Source: Pirellulales bacterium
GTDB taxonomy: Bacteria; Planctomycetota; Planctomycetia; Pirellulales; JAEUIK01
DNA length: 64,000 nt
Reading direction: 5' to 3'
NCBI GenBank assembly: GCA_019636335.1
Contig: JAHBXR010000007.1
Coordinates: 109,978 to 173,977, forward strand
Shown one piece after another: positions 19,361 to 28,899 of this stretch. Below the pieces are notes generated by a model, which searched no databases, was not told where the DNA came from, and saw nothing but the letters and a program-made list of their open reading frames with translations. Numbering within the stretch: position 1 is the stretch's first letter; the number at the start of each line of letters is the position of its first letter. The position numbers and the translations under genes are program-made.

Positions 19361-19969
19361 ATGTCACAACTCGATCGTCTGACGAATCGTCAGCGCGAGG
19401 TTTACGAATTCATCCGCGAGAAGATCCGCAGTCGCGGGTATGGGCCGACGGTCCGCGAGATCGGCACCGAGTTTAAGATCAGCTCGCCCAACGGTGTCAT
19501 GTGCCATCTGAAGGCCCTGGAGAAGAAGGGGCTGATCAATCGCGAGCCGAACATGTCGCGTGCGATCATGCTCGCCACCGAGCCAGCGGAAGAACGTGGC
19601 CTGCCCCTGGCTGGTCGCGTGGCGGCCGGCCTGCTTCAAGAGGCGATCGAGCAGAACGAGCGCATCGACCTCGACGAATTGTTCAATCCCGATCGAGGCG
19701 ATTTGTTCGCCCTGCGAGTCGATGGCGATTCGATGATCGACGCGCAGATCGCCGATGGTGATATCGTCATCATTCGCAAGCAGGGGACGGCCCATCGCGG
19801 CCAGATCGTCGTGGCGGCGACCGATGAGCACGAGGCGACGCTCAAGCGCTGGTATCCGGAGTCGAATCGCATCCGGCTCGAACCGGCCAACTCGACCATG
19901 GAGCCGATCTACGTCAAGAACGCCAAAGTGTTGGGCGTGCTCGCCGGGGTCGTGCGACAAGTCGATTAG
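19361..19969 (+). CDS. lexA: Transcriptional repressor LexA
   Basis: Winged-HTH LTNRQREVYEFI...GYGPTVREIG, Ala-Gly cleavage site RVAAG, catalytic Ser (GDSM) and Lys (TLKR). 202 aa from ATG 19361. Confidence 0.95.
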   Translation: MSQLDRLTNRQREVYEFIREKIRSRGYGPTVREIGTEFKISSPNGVMCHLKALEKKGLINREPNMSRAIMLATEPAEERGLPLAGRVAAGLLQEAIEQNERIDLDELFNPDRGDLFALRVDGDSMIDAQIADGDIVIIRKQGTAHRGQIVVAATDEHEATLKRWYPESNRIRLEPANSTMEPIYVKNAKVLGVLAGVVRQVD

Positions 19970-20000
19970 TCGTCTCGATTAGTCGTCTCGATTAGTCGTC
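19962..20000. repeat. 13-bp tandem repeat (TCGATTAGTCGTC x3) at the junction of two convergent genes
   Basis: Three exact copies. Contains the lexA TAG (19967-69) and the DUF1559 TAA (19992-94, minus strand). Confidence 0.95.
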
Positions 20001-21110
20001 GAAATCGCCTGCGGCCAATGGCGTGGCGCGGAACAACTCGTGCGCCGGCCTGTCGTTGGCCATATCTCGCGCATGCGTGCCATCGGGTGTCATCAGCAGG
20101 CAATAGACGAGATAGTCCGTCTCGTCCGAGAGAAACCTGACGTGGCCATCGCAGAAGGTGGCCACGACGCCCCCTTCGTGCAGGCTCGAAGGGCGCGCGA
20201 ATAAACTGCGTGCGGCCGTGTCTTCGACGTGGACCTGGTCGATGGTCCCGCCTGCCTGGTTGATGCTCGCGACGGGTACCCCTTTGGCCAACGGTGGCAC
20301 GGCCCGCGGTCGTCCCTCGACCATCGCCACGGTCGGCCACCAGAAAAGCCCCAACTGCGGTTCGATGCGCTCGGCAGCGCCCCAGTTGCCCGAGTCGAGA
20401 TTCTCGGACAAGAGCAAGGTGGTGGAGAGTCCATCCCCGCGTTGGATGTAGGTGTCTGTCTGATGGATTACGCGGATCGGCGCCGGGCGCCCCGTGCGGT
20501 GGTTGTACGGAAAGTGATTGAAGAACACACCGTTCGCCTGCACGTCTGGGGTCGGTGGACGCTGCGGATTCGCAACCCGGTCATTGCGGTCGAACTGCCC
20601 ACAGTTCACGGCGTAGCTGTTGGTTGTGTGTGGCGAGAATGCCGTCAGCCGAGTCGCGAATAGATCACTCGGACAGAGAAAGATCGCCACGTGCGTATTG
20701 ATGGGCACCCCCGTTTCGAGTCCCGGCCTCTTCGAGGCATGCCGTTCGAGGAGATCGTTTCGCTCGAGGTAGGGGAGCAGCGGCACTGCCCAACTGCAAG
20801 GGGTGGGACGCGCCTGCGCGAGGATGGTCGCGTTCGGCAAGCCCGTTTGCCAGTCGACGTCGCGCGACCGATAGCCGAGCAGGTTGACCGAACCTGGATA
20901 TTCGCGCTGTGCAAGCAGATGGGCGTTGATGGCCTGCGCGATTTCACGCTGCTGATCGACGCATCGCGTGCGCTGGCCCGATTCACGCACCGCTTGAATG
21001 GCGGACAACAACAGCGCGGCCATCACGGCGATGATGGCAATCACCGTGAGCAACTCGACGAGCGTGATGGCGCGACCGCCCTGCACAGACACGCTGCTGC
21101 CCCTCAACAT
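19992..21110 (-). CDS. DUF1559-domain prepilin-like protein (H-X9-DG)
   Basis: AITLVELLTVIAIIAVMAALLLSAIQAVRESGQRTRC, FLCPSD, LLLSEN and HEGGVVATFCDGHV. Confidence 0.92.
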   Translation of the reverse strand: MLRGSSVSVQGGRAITLVELLTVIAIIAVMAALLLSAIQAVRESGQRTRCVDQQREIAQAINAHLLAQREYPGSVNLLGYRSRDVDWQTGLPNATILAQARPTPCSWAVPLLPYLERNDLLERHASKRPGLETGVPINTHVAIFLCPSDLFATRLTAFSPHTTNSYAVNCGQFDRNDRVANPQRPPTPDVQANGVFFNHFPYNHRTGRPAPIRVIHQTDTYIQRGDGLSTTLLLSENLDSGNWGAAERIEPQLGLFWWPTVAMVEGRPRAVPPLAKGVPVASINQAGGTIDQVHVEDTAARSLFARPSSLHEGGVVATFCDGHVRFLSDETDYLVYCLLMTPDGTHARDMANDRPAHELFRATPLAAGDFDD

Positions 21111-21220
21111 GCGCGCGACAGTTCTTATCGAGCGGCTGAGTATAGGAGCGCGGCGCGTGGTGAGGCAAACAGATTATGCAGTTTTTTTTGCAAGGGGCTT
21201 TTACAGGAACCAGATCGTGT

Positions 21221-21784
21221 TCAGCGCAGCATTTCGACAGGGGGCAAGGCGATGTCGAAATACTGTGCGAATTGGCCCACGCTGGGGGTGATCGCGCCAC
21301 CAGGGGTAATTGCCAACTCGAGGACGGTGCCGGCCTCGGATTCGAGTTCCATGTAGATCCGATTTCGCGACTGCTGGAGATCTTCGGGATAGATCTTCTT
21401 GCCAAAGACCGGTCCGATCCGTTTCACCGTGTAGGGCACCCCGGCTTCCAGCGTGCGCTGCTGGCCACTGGGTCGCAGATACATGAACTGATTGGCCATG
21501 GTGGGGCCAGTGCCGATTTCATATTTCGTGCGATTCGGCATGATCAGCCGGTCGTCGCGAAAGGTGAGCTTCGTACCGATCGGTAGCAGCCAGACGGGGC
21601 GACCGGCAATGTCAGATGGTCCCGGCGCGACCATGGGGGGCATCGTCTGCACGTCGGGAATCAGCGGCCCGACGCGGAGCTTGCCTTTCGGCGGCCAAAC
21701 ACCTTGCGCCGATGCTTCGCTCGCAAAGGAAACGCAGCAGGCGGCCAGGGCCACGACGACAACCAACGAAAGGGTGCGAATCAT
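21221..21784 (-). CDS. Hypothetical secreted protein
   Basis: 187 aa with signal peptide MIRTLSLVVVVALAACCVSFASEASA; no family recognised. Confidence 0.65.
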   Translation of the reverse strand: MIRTLSLVVVVALAACCVSFASEASAQGVWPPKGKLRVGPLIPDVQTMPPMVAPGPSDIAGRPVWLLPIGTKLTFRDDRLIMPNRTKYEIGTGPTMANQFMYLRPSGQQRTLEAGVPYTVKRIGPVFGKKIYPEDLQQSRNRIYMELESEAGTVLELAITPGGAITPSVGQFAQYFDIALPPVEMLR

Positions 21785-22214
21785 GAGAAGATCTCTTGGC
21801 CAGGAGTACGCGAATTGGTCGAGAAGTAGGGTAACTCGCAGTATGATTCAGCCACCTGGCGCCTGCAAATTCGAGGCGTCTCTGTCATGGGCCGGCGTCG
21901 CTGGGGCAGCGCGAGTCGACTGCAAGGGTCGAGCGGACGAGTGCCGAGGCGCAGCAGAGGTCGTTCGAGGTTGGAGGATCGAGCGGTATGGCTATACTTA
22001 GCACTGCCGCGCAACGGCTGGATCGCAGAGCAAGGGAGTGTTCGATCGTGTGACACGTCGGGTCCATGCTGTCCCTGGTTTGGCACGCCCAATGGATCAC
22101 TTGCGTCAAGTTTCGACGAGCGCCTTCCCGCGCGGTAATGCGGTTGCTGTGTTTCTAGTGGGGCGTTGAATTGGCCGTAGAAGATTTATTCTCGGCGATC
22201 AGGCGCGACGAGAC

Positions 22215-24386
22215 ATGGTGATGCAAGATCCGACGAAATCGGGAGCGAGCTCACGTCCGGCGGAAACCTCGCTGCCCCGGCCAGCGGTCTCTCCGCATCG
22301 TCCGGCGGACGTCGATGCACCCCACCCACTGACGCCCCCCCGCTGGCTCGATTCTCCCCGCCGTACCTACGATTTGTTGCCCTGCGGGGTGGCCGAACTC
22401 GATCCCTCGGGCATCGTGCAGTTCTGCAATCCGGCCTTCGAATTGTTGCTGGGGAAAAGTCACGAAGAGATTGTCGGCCGCTCACTTTGGCATGGGGTGG
22501 AAACGTCAGGCGACGAATCCACGTATCGCTCGGCGCTTGCCGCCTGGTCATCGGGCGGCATCGAAGCGTTGGCCATCGAGATACGCTGTCGGCGGGCCGA
22601 CGGAACGCTGGTCAACTTGTGCTGGCAAGGCAGCCCTCGATTCGACGCCAGCGACGAGCTTGTGGGGTATCTCGTGGCGGCCATGCCCCAACCGGCAACT
22701 GCGGAAGCAGCACGCGACACCGTGGTCGATGCCGCTCAATTGCGAGACATCGAGCGGCGTGCCAATCAACGCGCCACGGCACTAGCGAATTCGGTAACAC
22801 GGCTCGAGCGTGAAATCGAACAGCGTTGTGCTGCTGAAGAGGCGCAAGCACGCCTGGTGGCCATCCTCGATACCACGCCCGACTTTGTCGGCATTGCCGA
22901 TGCGTCGCACCGCGTGCTGTATATCAATCGCGGTGGTCGCGAAATGTATGGACTGGCCGAGGACGAGGACATCTCGCAGATGACCTTGGCCGACTTGACC
23001 ACGCCGCAGACCTTGGTGGAGCATATCGAGCACCGCTTCCCGATCGCCATGCACGAGACGTACTGGCAGGGAGAAACGGTGCTGCACGGGCGGAATGGCC
23101 GGCGCACGCCGGTTTCGCAGGTGGTGCTGGCTCACCGCGACTCGACGGGACATGTAGCTTACTACTCGACCATTGCCCGCGATCTCTCGGCACGCGTGGC
23201 GGACGAAGCGGCCTTGCGGGCGCAGCATCGGCGCCTGCGCGATATTCTCGACGGCGTGGTGACCTTTGCGGCCTTGATCGCCAAGGATGGCACGGTGCTC
23301 GAAGTGAATCGGGCGGTGGTGGAGACTTCGGGCTATCGGCGCGAAGAGATTATCGGCAAGCACATCGCCGAAACGAATTGGTGGAACTACTCGGCCGAGG
23401 CCCGCCAGCACATCAACGATCAAATCGCCAAGGCGGTCTCGGGCACGACGGCCCACTTTTCGGCACTGTGCCAATCGCGCGAGGGAAACTTCATGCCGGC
23501 GCAGGGGGCCTTCAGCCCCGTCTTCGACGCGCAAGGCAACGTAACCGAGATCGTCGGCTCGGGCGTCGATATGACGGCGCGCGACGAGGCCGAAGAGGCG
23601 GCGCGGCAGCATTTGAACGAATTGGCGCACGTGTCGCGCATCGCGCTGCTTGGTGAGATGGTGGGGGGCATCGCCCACGAATTGAATCAACCCCTCACGG
23701 CGATCGCGAATTTTGCCGACGTGTGTGCGGCGGAACTCGCAGAGCGGGGTATGGCAGGTGTTGCCAATGTGCAGAAGAGTCTCATCCGTATCTCGGAAGA
23801 GGCCTTGCGTGCTGGGGCGATCATCCGCGGATTGCGCCGCCTGGTTCGCAAGACCGAGGCTCAGCGCGCGCCGACCGACCTGGGCGATCTGCTACGTGAA
23901 GTGGTCGATCTGGCCAAGGCCGATGCCCGCGATCGTGGCGTGCAGGTCGAGACGCATCTGGCCGACGGACTGCCCTTTATTCTGGCCGATCGGATTCAAA
24001 TTCAACAAGTGGTGCTGAATCTGCTTTCGAACGCCTTCGAGTCCTTGGCCGCCGGACAGCCCGAGCAGCGGCGCGTGGTCATCCAGTGCGCTGCACGCGA
24101 AGCAGGCTTCGTCGAGATCGCTGTCGCCGATAACGGGCGTGGCTTCGACCACCACGACGCCGAACGGCTCTTCGACGCATTCTATACGACGAAAACACGA
24201 GGCATGGGACTCGGGCTATCGACCAGCCGAGCGATCATCGATGCGCACGGGGGGTGCTTGTGGGCCGAGTCGAGCGCGCCACGCGGTGCGACGTTTCGGT
24301 TGAAGTTGCCGGTCGACAGCGGCGAAAGTGGAGAGCGGCTTCGTCCGCGCGGTGCATTTCTGAGCGGGCATGACAGTTCACGCTAA
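22215..24386 (+). CDS. Cytoplasmic multi-PAS sensor histidine kinase (FixL/TtrS-like)
   Basis: About three PAS-like domains, H-box IAHELNQPL, N-box QQVVLNLLSNA, G-boxes DNGRG and GMGLGLS. No TM helices seen. Confidence 0.92.
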   Translation: MVMQDPTKSGASSRPAETSLPRPAVSPHRPADVDAPHPLTPPRWLDSPRRTYDLLPCGVAELDPSGIVQFCNPAFELLLGKSHEEIVGRSLWHGVETSGDESTYRSALAAWSSGGIEALAIEIRCRRADGTLVNLCWQGSPRFDASDELVGYLVAAMPQPATAEAARDTVVDAAQLRDIERRANQRATALANSVTRLEREIEQRCAAEEAQARLVAILDTTPDFVGIADASHRVLYINRGGREMYGLAEDEDISQMTLADLTTPQTLVEHIEHRFPIAMHETYWQGETVLHGRNGRRTPVSQVVLAHRDSTGHVAYYSTIARDLSARVADEAALRAQHRRLRDILDGVVTFAALIAKDGTVLEVNRAVVETSGYRREEIIGKHIAETNWWNYSAEARQHINDQIAKAVSGTTAHFSALCQSREGNFMPAQGAFSPVFDAQGNVTEIVGSGVDMTARDEAEEAARQHLNELAHVSRIALLGEMVGGIAHELNQPLTAIANFADVCAAELAERGMAGVANVQKSLIRISEEALRAGAIIRGLRRLVRKTEAQRAPTDLGDLLREVVDLAKADARDRGVQVETHLADGLPFILADRIQIQQVVLNLLSNAFESLAAGQPEQRRVVIQCAAREAGFVEIAVADNGRGFDHHDAERLFDAFYTTKTRGMGLGLSTSRAIIDAHGGCLWAESSAPRGATFRLKLPVDSGESGERLRPRGAFLSGHDSSR

Positions 24387-24404
24387 GAGGGAGCGAGCTT
24401 CGAC

Positions 24405-25089
24405 ATGATTCCGGTCCAGCAGGAGTCGGTGGCCGTGGGGGATGTGACCACGGGGGGGCAGCGCCGACGACGGCGCGCGAGTTTACATCGTCGACGACGA
24501 CGTCGCCGTTCGAGATTCCATGCGCGAGCTCGTTCGCGGAATGGGACTCGCCTGCGAGTGCTTTGCTTCGGCCCAAGAGTTTCTCGAAGCTCGCAACGAA
24601 GCGCTCGGCGGGTGCCTGGTGGTCGATTTGCGCATGCCTGGCATGACCGGCATCGAGCTGCAGCGCCTGCTGCGCGAGGCGGGGGATGGCCTGCCCTTTA
24701 TTTTCGTCACGGGCTTTGCCGACGTGCCCACTTCGGTGCTGGCGATGAAAACCGGCGCCGTCGACTTTCTCGAAAAGCCCTACCAGCCGGCGGAACTGCG
24801 CGCGAGCATTCGCCGGGCCATGTCCGAGGATCGGATCCGTCGGCGGCACGCGCAACGCCGCCGGGATCTGGCCGCGCGATTTGCCTGCCTCGATGAAGAG
24901 GAACGGGCCGTCCTCGAGCTGCTCTGTCAGGGCGAGCCGATGAAGTCGATCGCCAACCGGCTGTCGATCAGCCTGCGCACGGCACACTCGCGGCGCGCGA
25001 GTATCCTGACGAAGACCGACGCTCGCACGCGCGAAGAACTACTGGGCATGTTCGTCGAGCTCAATCAGCTCGAAGGACGCTTCGAGTAA
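24405..25089 (+). CDS. FixJ/NarL-type response regulator, apparently frameshifted in a G7 run at 24452-24458
   Basis: The receiver (VYIVDDD, CLVVDLRMPGMTG, FVTG, FLEKP) and LuxR HTH are in the frame of ORF 24520..25089. That frame has a TGA at 24445 and no start codon before VYIVDDD. ATG 24405 (with RBS) joins it if one G is removed. Confidence 0.8.
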
Positions 25090-25159
25090 GCGACGTATGC
25101 CGGCGCGCGACGTTCTCAACATCATGCGTCTACCGGCCGGGTAACGCAGCTCGAGGCCA

Positions 25160-26221
25160 TCAACCGTCGGCGATGGCCGCTTCGATTTCGCGGGGCGTGA
25201 GTCCCACGGTGCGCGCGGCGCCAGTGATTTGCCCCCAGGTGTTGTCGTCGAGCTCGATGCCGTGCGCGAGCCGGGCCGCTCGCGTGCGCTCTTCGAGCTC
25301 GCCCGGCAGCAAGATCTCTCCGCCAGGTACCGCCGTACGCGAGCTCTTCACGAAGTCGATATAGCGCCGCACTTCAGCCGCGAACTCATCGCCGGGCTGT
25401 AACTGCGCCGGGTCGAGGATAATGGAGAGCATGCCGTTGGCGACGCGGCGCTCGCCGGTGCGACTGCACCCGCCGCCAGTGAGTGCGCCGGCGAGAATCT
25501 CGACCAGGATTCCCAGTCCGTAACCCTTGTGTCCTCCGAACGGCAGGATCGCGCCGGGAGGATTCGCGTAAAACACCTGCGGGTCGTCGGTCGGTTGTCC
25601 GGCGGCGTCGATGATCGCGCCGGCCGGCACGCGCACGCCTTTGTTCAAGGCTACTTTGATTTTGCCTTCGGCAATGGCGCACGTCGAGATGTCGAGCAGG
25701 ATCGGCGAGCCCCCGTCCACCGGCACGCCGGCCGCGATGGGATTCGCCGACAGGCGACGCTCGATGCCGCCGAACGGAGCGACGAGGATGCCGCCTCCGT
25801 TGGTATTGACGAAGTAGAGCGAGATCATCCCTTCGCGCGCGAGCAGCAGCGGCCAATCGCCGATGCGTCCGAGGTGCCCGGCGTTCTTGAGCGCGATCAC
25901 CGCGACGCCGTGCCGGCGGGCCTTCTCGAGTCCCAGCCGCATGGTGGCTTCGCCCACGACCTGCCCGAAACCGAAGCGGCCGTCGACGACGGCGAAGGTC
26001 TCGGCGTCGAGCACGACCTCGATCGACTGATTGGCCACGACACGGCCGTCGCGCAGCCAGTCGATGTAAGGCGCGACACGGATGACGCCGTGCGAATCGT
26101 GGCCGACGAGGTTCGCCTCGACGAGATAGCGGGCGATCTGGTTCGCCTCAGTCTCGTGGCAGCCTGCCTTGTAGAAGATGCTGGCCACGAGTCGTTCGAG
26201 GGCCGGTGCGGCAATCAACAT
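25160..26221 (-). CDS. Ldh_2-family (malate/L-lactate/hydroxycarboxylate dehydrogenase, HcxB/YbiC-like) oxidoreductase
   Basis: ANLVGHDSHGVIR, GHLGRIGDW, LSANPIAAG, LPFGGHKGYGLG and LLPGELE. Confidence 0.9.
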   Translation of the reverse strand: MLIAAPALERLVASIFYKAGCHETEANQIARYLVEANLVGHDSHGVIRVAPYIDWLRDGRVVANQSIEVVLDAETFAVVDGRFGFGQVVGEATMRLGLEKARRHGVAVIALKNAGHLGRIGDWPLLLAREGMISLYFVNTNGGGILVAPFGGIERRLSANPIAAGVPVDGGSPILLDISTCAIAEGKIKVALNKGVRVPAGAIIDAAGQPTDDPQVFYANPPGAILPFGGHKGYGLGILVEILAGALTGGGCSRTGERRVANGMLSIILDPAQLQPGDEFAAEVRRYIDFVKSSRTAVPGGEILLPGELEERTRAARLAHGIELDDNTWGQITGAARTVGLTPREIEAAIADG

Positions 26222-26388
26222 GGGATCATCACAATTTCATAGTCCGGTAGAAATAAGATCTTCCAGATCCTCTTGTCGCTGCGCGACACGGACGATTCTC
26301 CGACTCTGGGTTGCAGAAGTTGGCGAACTATGGGAGGAGAATCATCCGTGCTACCCGCCTACCCGCCGCGAATTGGGGCAGGCGTTTG

Positions 26389-28530
26389 CTACGACGACAG
26401 GCTTTCGCCCGCGGCGGCCTTGCGCTGGAGGAAGTCGCACGGAGCGTAGACCGCGCCGTGTACCTTGCTCCAGTCGGCCAGCTTGTCGTGGATGTATTTC
26501 GCGCCGAGCGAATCGGCGTACTTCATGATGCCGCCGCGGTAGGGTGGAAAGCCCATGCCCATCACGGTCGCCACGTCGATATCCGAGGCGCGGATGGCGA
26601 TACCTTCATCAAGGCAGCGGCAGGCCTCGTTGATGACGCCGAAGAAGACCCGTTCGACGATCTCCTCGTCCGAGATGTCGAGCGGCTGCGGATTGCCGGC
26701 ATCGGCACGGGCCTTTTCGACGAGCGCCGCCAACGAGGGGTCGGGCTGGGCGTTCTTGCCGTCGGGGTACAGGTAGTAGCCGCGGCCGGTTTTCTGGCCG
26801 AAGCGTTTCTCTTCGAACATGTACTCGACCAGCGTCGAGGCGTAGGAGCGCTCGCGGTAGGCCTCGAGCATGATGCCGCCGGCGAACTTCGCTACATCCA
26901 CGCCGGCCAGGTCGCCCATGCGGAACGGACCCATCGGCATGCCGAAGTCGTAGATCACCTTGTCGATGCGGTAGGGATCGATCCCGTAATCCACCAGCAG
27001 CCCGGCGGCCTGGCCGTAGGGAAAGAAGATGCGGTTTACCAGGAAGCCGATGCAGTTGCCCACGGTGACGGGGGTTTTCTTGAGCGCCTTCACCAGGTTG
27101 ACGGTTGAGTTGAGGGTCTCGGGGCTGGTGTGCTTGCTGCGTACGATCTCGACCAGCGGCATGATGTGCGCCGGCGAAAAGAAGTGCGTGCCCACGATGC
27201 GTGGGGCGGCCTTGGTGTTCTTGCCGATCAGCTCGAGGTCGATCGTCGAGGTGTTCGAGGCGAGGATGCAGTCGGGGCGTACCGCCTTCTCCAGGTCGGC
27301 GAAGACTTTCTGCTTCAGTTCGATGTTCTCGACGACCGCCTCGATGACGAGGTCCATCTGATCGAAGCCGGAGTAGTCGGTCTGGCCCTTGAGGCGGCCC
27401 AGCATATCATCGTACTTGGCCTGCGCGAGCTTGCCCTTCTTTACGCGCGACGACAGGTTGCCGTCGATGCGTCCGCGGCCTGCCTCGAGATACTCGGGCG
27501 TGACCTCTTTCAAGGTGACTTCGATCCCCGCGTACAGGAGAGAGGTGGCGATACCGCTCCCCATGGTGCCGCCGCCGAGGACGGCCGCCTTGCGGATCTG
27601 CTTCGGCTCGAGCTTTTGATCGGTGACGCCCGGCACCTTGGCCGCGGCGCGCGAGGCGAAGAACATGTGGATCAAGCCGCCGGCCTGCGGGCTCTCGAGA
27701 CACTTGATGAAGTTCTCACCTTCGCGCTTGAGGCCGGCCTTGTAGCCCTCGGTGATGCCGCACAGGATCGCGTCGAGGCACAGATCGGGATGGACGAGAT
27801 TGCGGGCCTTGTCGCCGGCCATCGCCTTGCCCATGTCGACCATCATTCGGGCGGTGTCGGCGTCGGGCAGCTTATCGCTCATTTGCGAGGCCCGCACGCG
27901 CTGCAACTTGCCATCGGCCAGCTTGTGCGCGGCTTCGATGGCGGCGGGAATCAATTGGTCGGGTTCGACCAGCTCTTGCAGCACCCCCTGCTCGTGCGCT
28001 TCCTTGGCCTTCATGTTCGAACTGGTGAGCATCATCTCGGCGGCCTTTTGCAATCCGACGAGACGCGGCAGACGTTGCGTGCCACCGGCGCCGGGCAGCA
28101 GACCGAGTTGCAACTCGGGCAAGCCGACCGAGGCCCGGGTGGTGCCGACGCGGTAATGGCCCGACATGGCCAGCTCGAGACCGCCGCCGAGCGCAAAGCC
28201 GTCGATGGCCATGACGACCGGCTTTTCGTTGGCGTCGATATCTTCGAGCGAGTGCTGGAGATCGTCGGCCAGGCCGCCGTCTTTGGCGCTGCCCCCCTTG
28301 GCCAGGTGGGCGACGGCTTGCTGCAGCTCACCAATATCGGCGCCGGCGACGAAGTTGTTGTTTGCCCCGTGGATGACCATGGCCCGCACGGCGCTGTTCT
28401 TGTTGGCCGCGGTGATGGCGTCGATCAGGCCGCGAACGACGGCCTGGCTGAGCGAATTGACGGGGGGAGAATCGATGGTGATGACGGCGACGTCGCCTTG
28501 AACTTCGGAATGGACGGGTGAACTGGCCAT
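26389..28530 (-). CDS. Multifunctional enoyl-CoA hydratase / 3-hydroxyacyl-CoA dehydrogenase
   Basis: Hydratase motifs GGGLELA and LPELQLGLLPGAGGTQRLPRL; dehydrogenase motifs VLGGGTMGSGIA, EAVVEN, LASNTSTI and THFFSPAH. Confidence 0.95.
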   Translation of the reverse strand: MASSPVHSEVQGDVAVITIDSPPVNSLSQAVVRGLIDAITAANKNSAVRAMVIHGANNNFVAGADIGELQQAVAHLAKGGSAKDGGLADDLQHSLEDIDANEKPVVMAIDGFALGGGLELAMSGHYRVGTTRASVGLPELQLGLLPGAGGTQRLPRLVGLQKAAEMMLTSSNMKAKEAHEQGVLQELVEPDQLIPAAIEAAHKLADGKLQRVRASQMSDKLPDADTARMMVDMGKAMAGDKARNLVHPDLCLDAILCGITEGYKAGLKREGENFIKCLESPQAGGLIHMFFASRAAAKVPGVTDQKLEPKQIRKAAVLGGGTMGSGIATSLLYAGIEVTLKEVTPEYLEAGRGRIDGNLSSRVKKGKLAQAKYDDMLGRLKGQTDYSGFDQMDLVIEAVVENIELKQKVFADLEKAVRPDCILASNTSTIDLELIGKNTKAAPRIVGTHFFSPAHIMPLVEIVRSKHTSPETLNSTVNLVKALKKTPVTVGNCIGFLVNRIFFPYGQAAGLLVDYGIDPYRIDKVIYDFGMPMGPFRMGDLAGVDVAKFAGGIMLEAYRERSYASTLVEYMFEEKRFGQKTGRGYYLYPDGKNAQPDPSLAALVEKARADAGNPQPLDISDEEIVERVFFGVINEACRCLDEGIAIRASDIDVATVMGMGFPPYRGGIMKYADSLGAKYIHDKLADWSKVHGAVYAPCDFLQRKAAAGESLSS

Positions 28531-28684
28531 GATTTCGCTTCTCAGTGAGTACTAGCCGGGCAAGTGGATTGGATAGAAGTCCGTCATGGTAGGGGCCGCG
28601 CCGGGCGGGTTCAATCCCCTGGGAACCAGGACTTCCCGCCCCGGGGGATCCTAAGTTCGAGAGAAACTAAGGAACACTGATTTG

Positions 28685-28733
28685 CACTAATCGACACTAA
28701 TGATGGATTAACGGGAATTCGTGTCGATTAGTG
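28685..28733. repeat. Intergenic inverted repeat
   Basis: CACTAATCGACAC (28685-97) / GTGTCGATTAGTG (28721-33), perfect 13 bp. Confidence 0.8.
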
Positions 28734-28782
28734 TTCCGTTCCTCCCAACCTGCTGTACTGACCACAAGGCCAGCGAGGAGAA

Positions 28783-28869
28783 GTGGCACCGGCGTTCTGG
28801 CCTGTGCGGAATCGGGCGAGGGCGGATCGGAGCTTTTGCCGAGCAGCACAGGCTGGCAGCCTGTGCCAC
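28783..28869. repeat. GTRG-type REP doublet (REPIN-like)
   Basis: GTGGCACCGGCGTTCTGGCCTGTG (28783-28806) and an inverted copy CACAGGCTGGCAGCCTGTGCCAC (28847-69). The second is itself a hairpin with a GTGG foot on the minus strand. Confidence 0.6.
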
Positions 28870-28899
28870 TTTGCATGAATAGATTCGCTGGAAAAGTCC

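Noticed and set aside
19962-20000. Short repeats as a CRISPR array (also 16372..16423)
   Set aside because: The copies are directly adjacent with no spacers, and there are no cas genes.
22081-22100. TGGCAC upstream of the PAS kinase as a sigma54 promoter
   Set aside because: The -12 position reads ATGG, not TTGC.
28560-28625. GGGTTCAATCCCC resembling a tRNA T-loop
   Set aside because: No compatible acceptor stem, anticodon arm or CCA end could be built.
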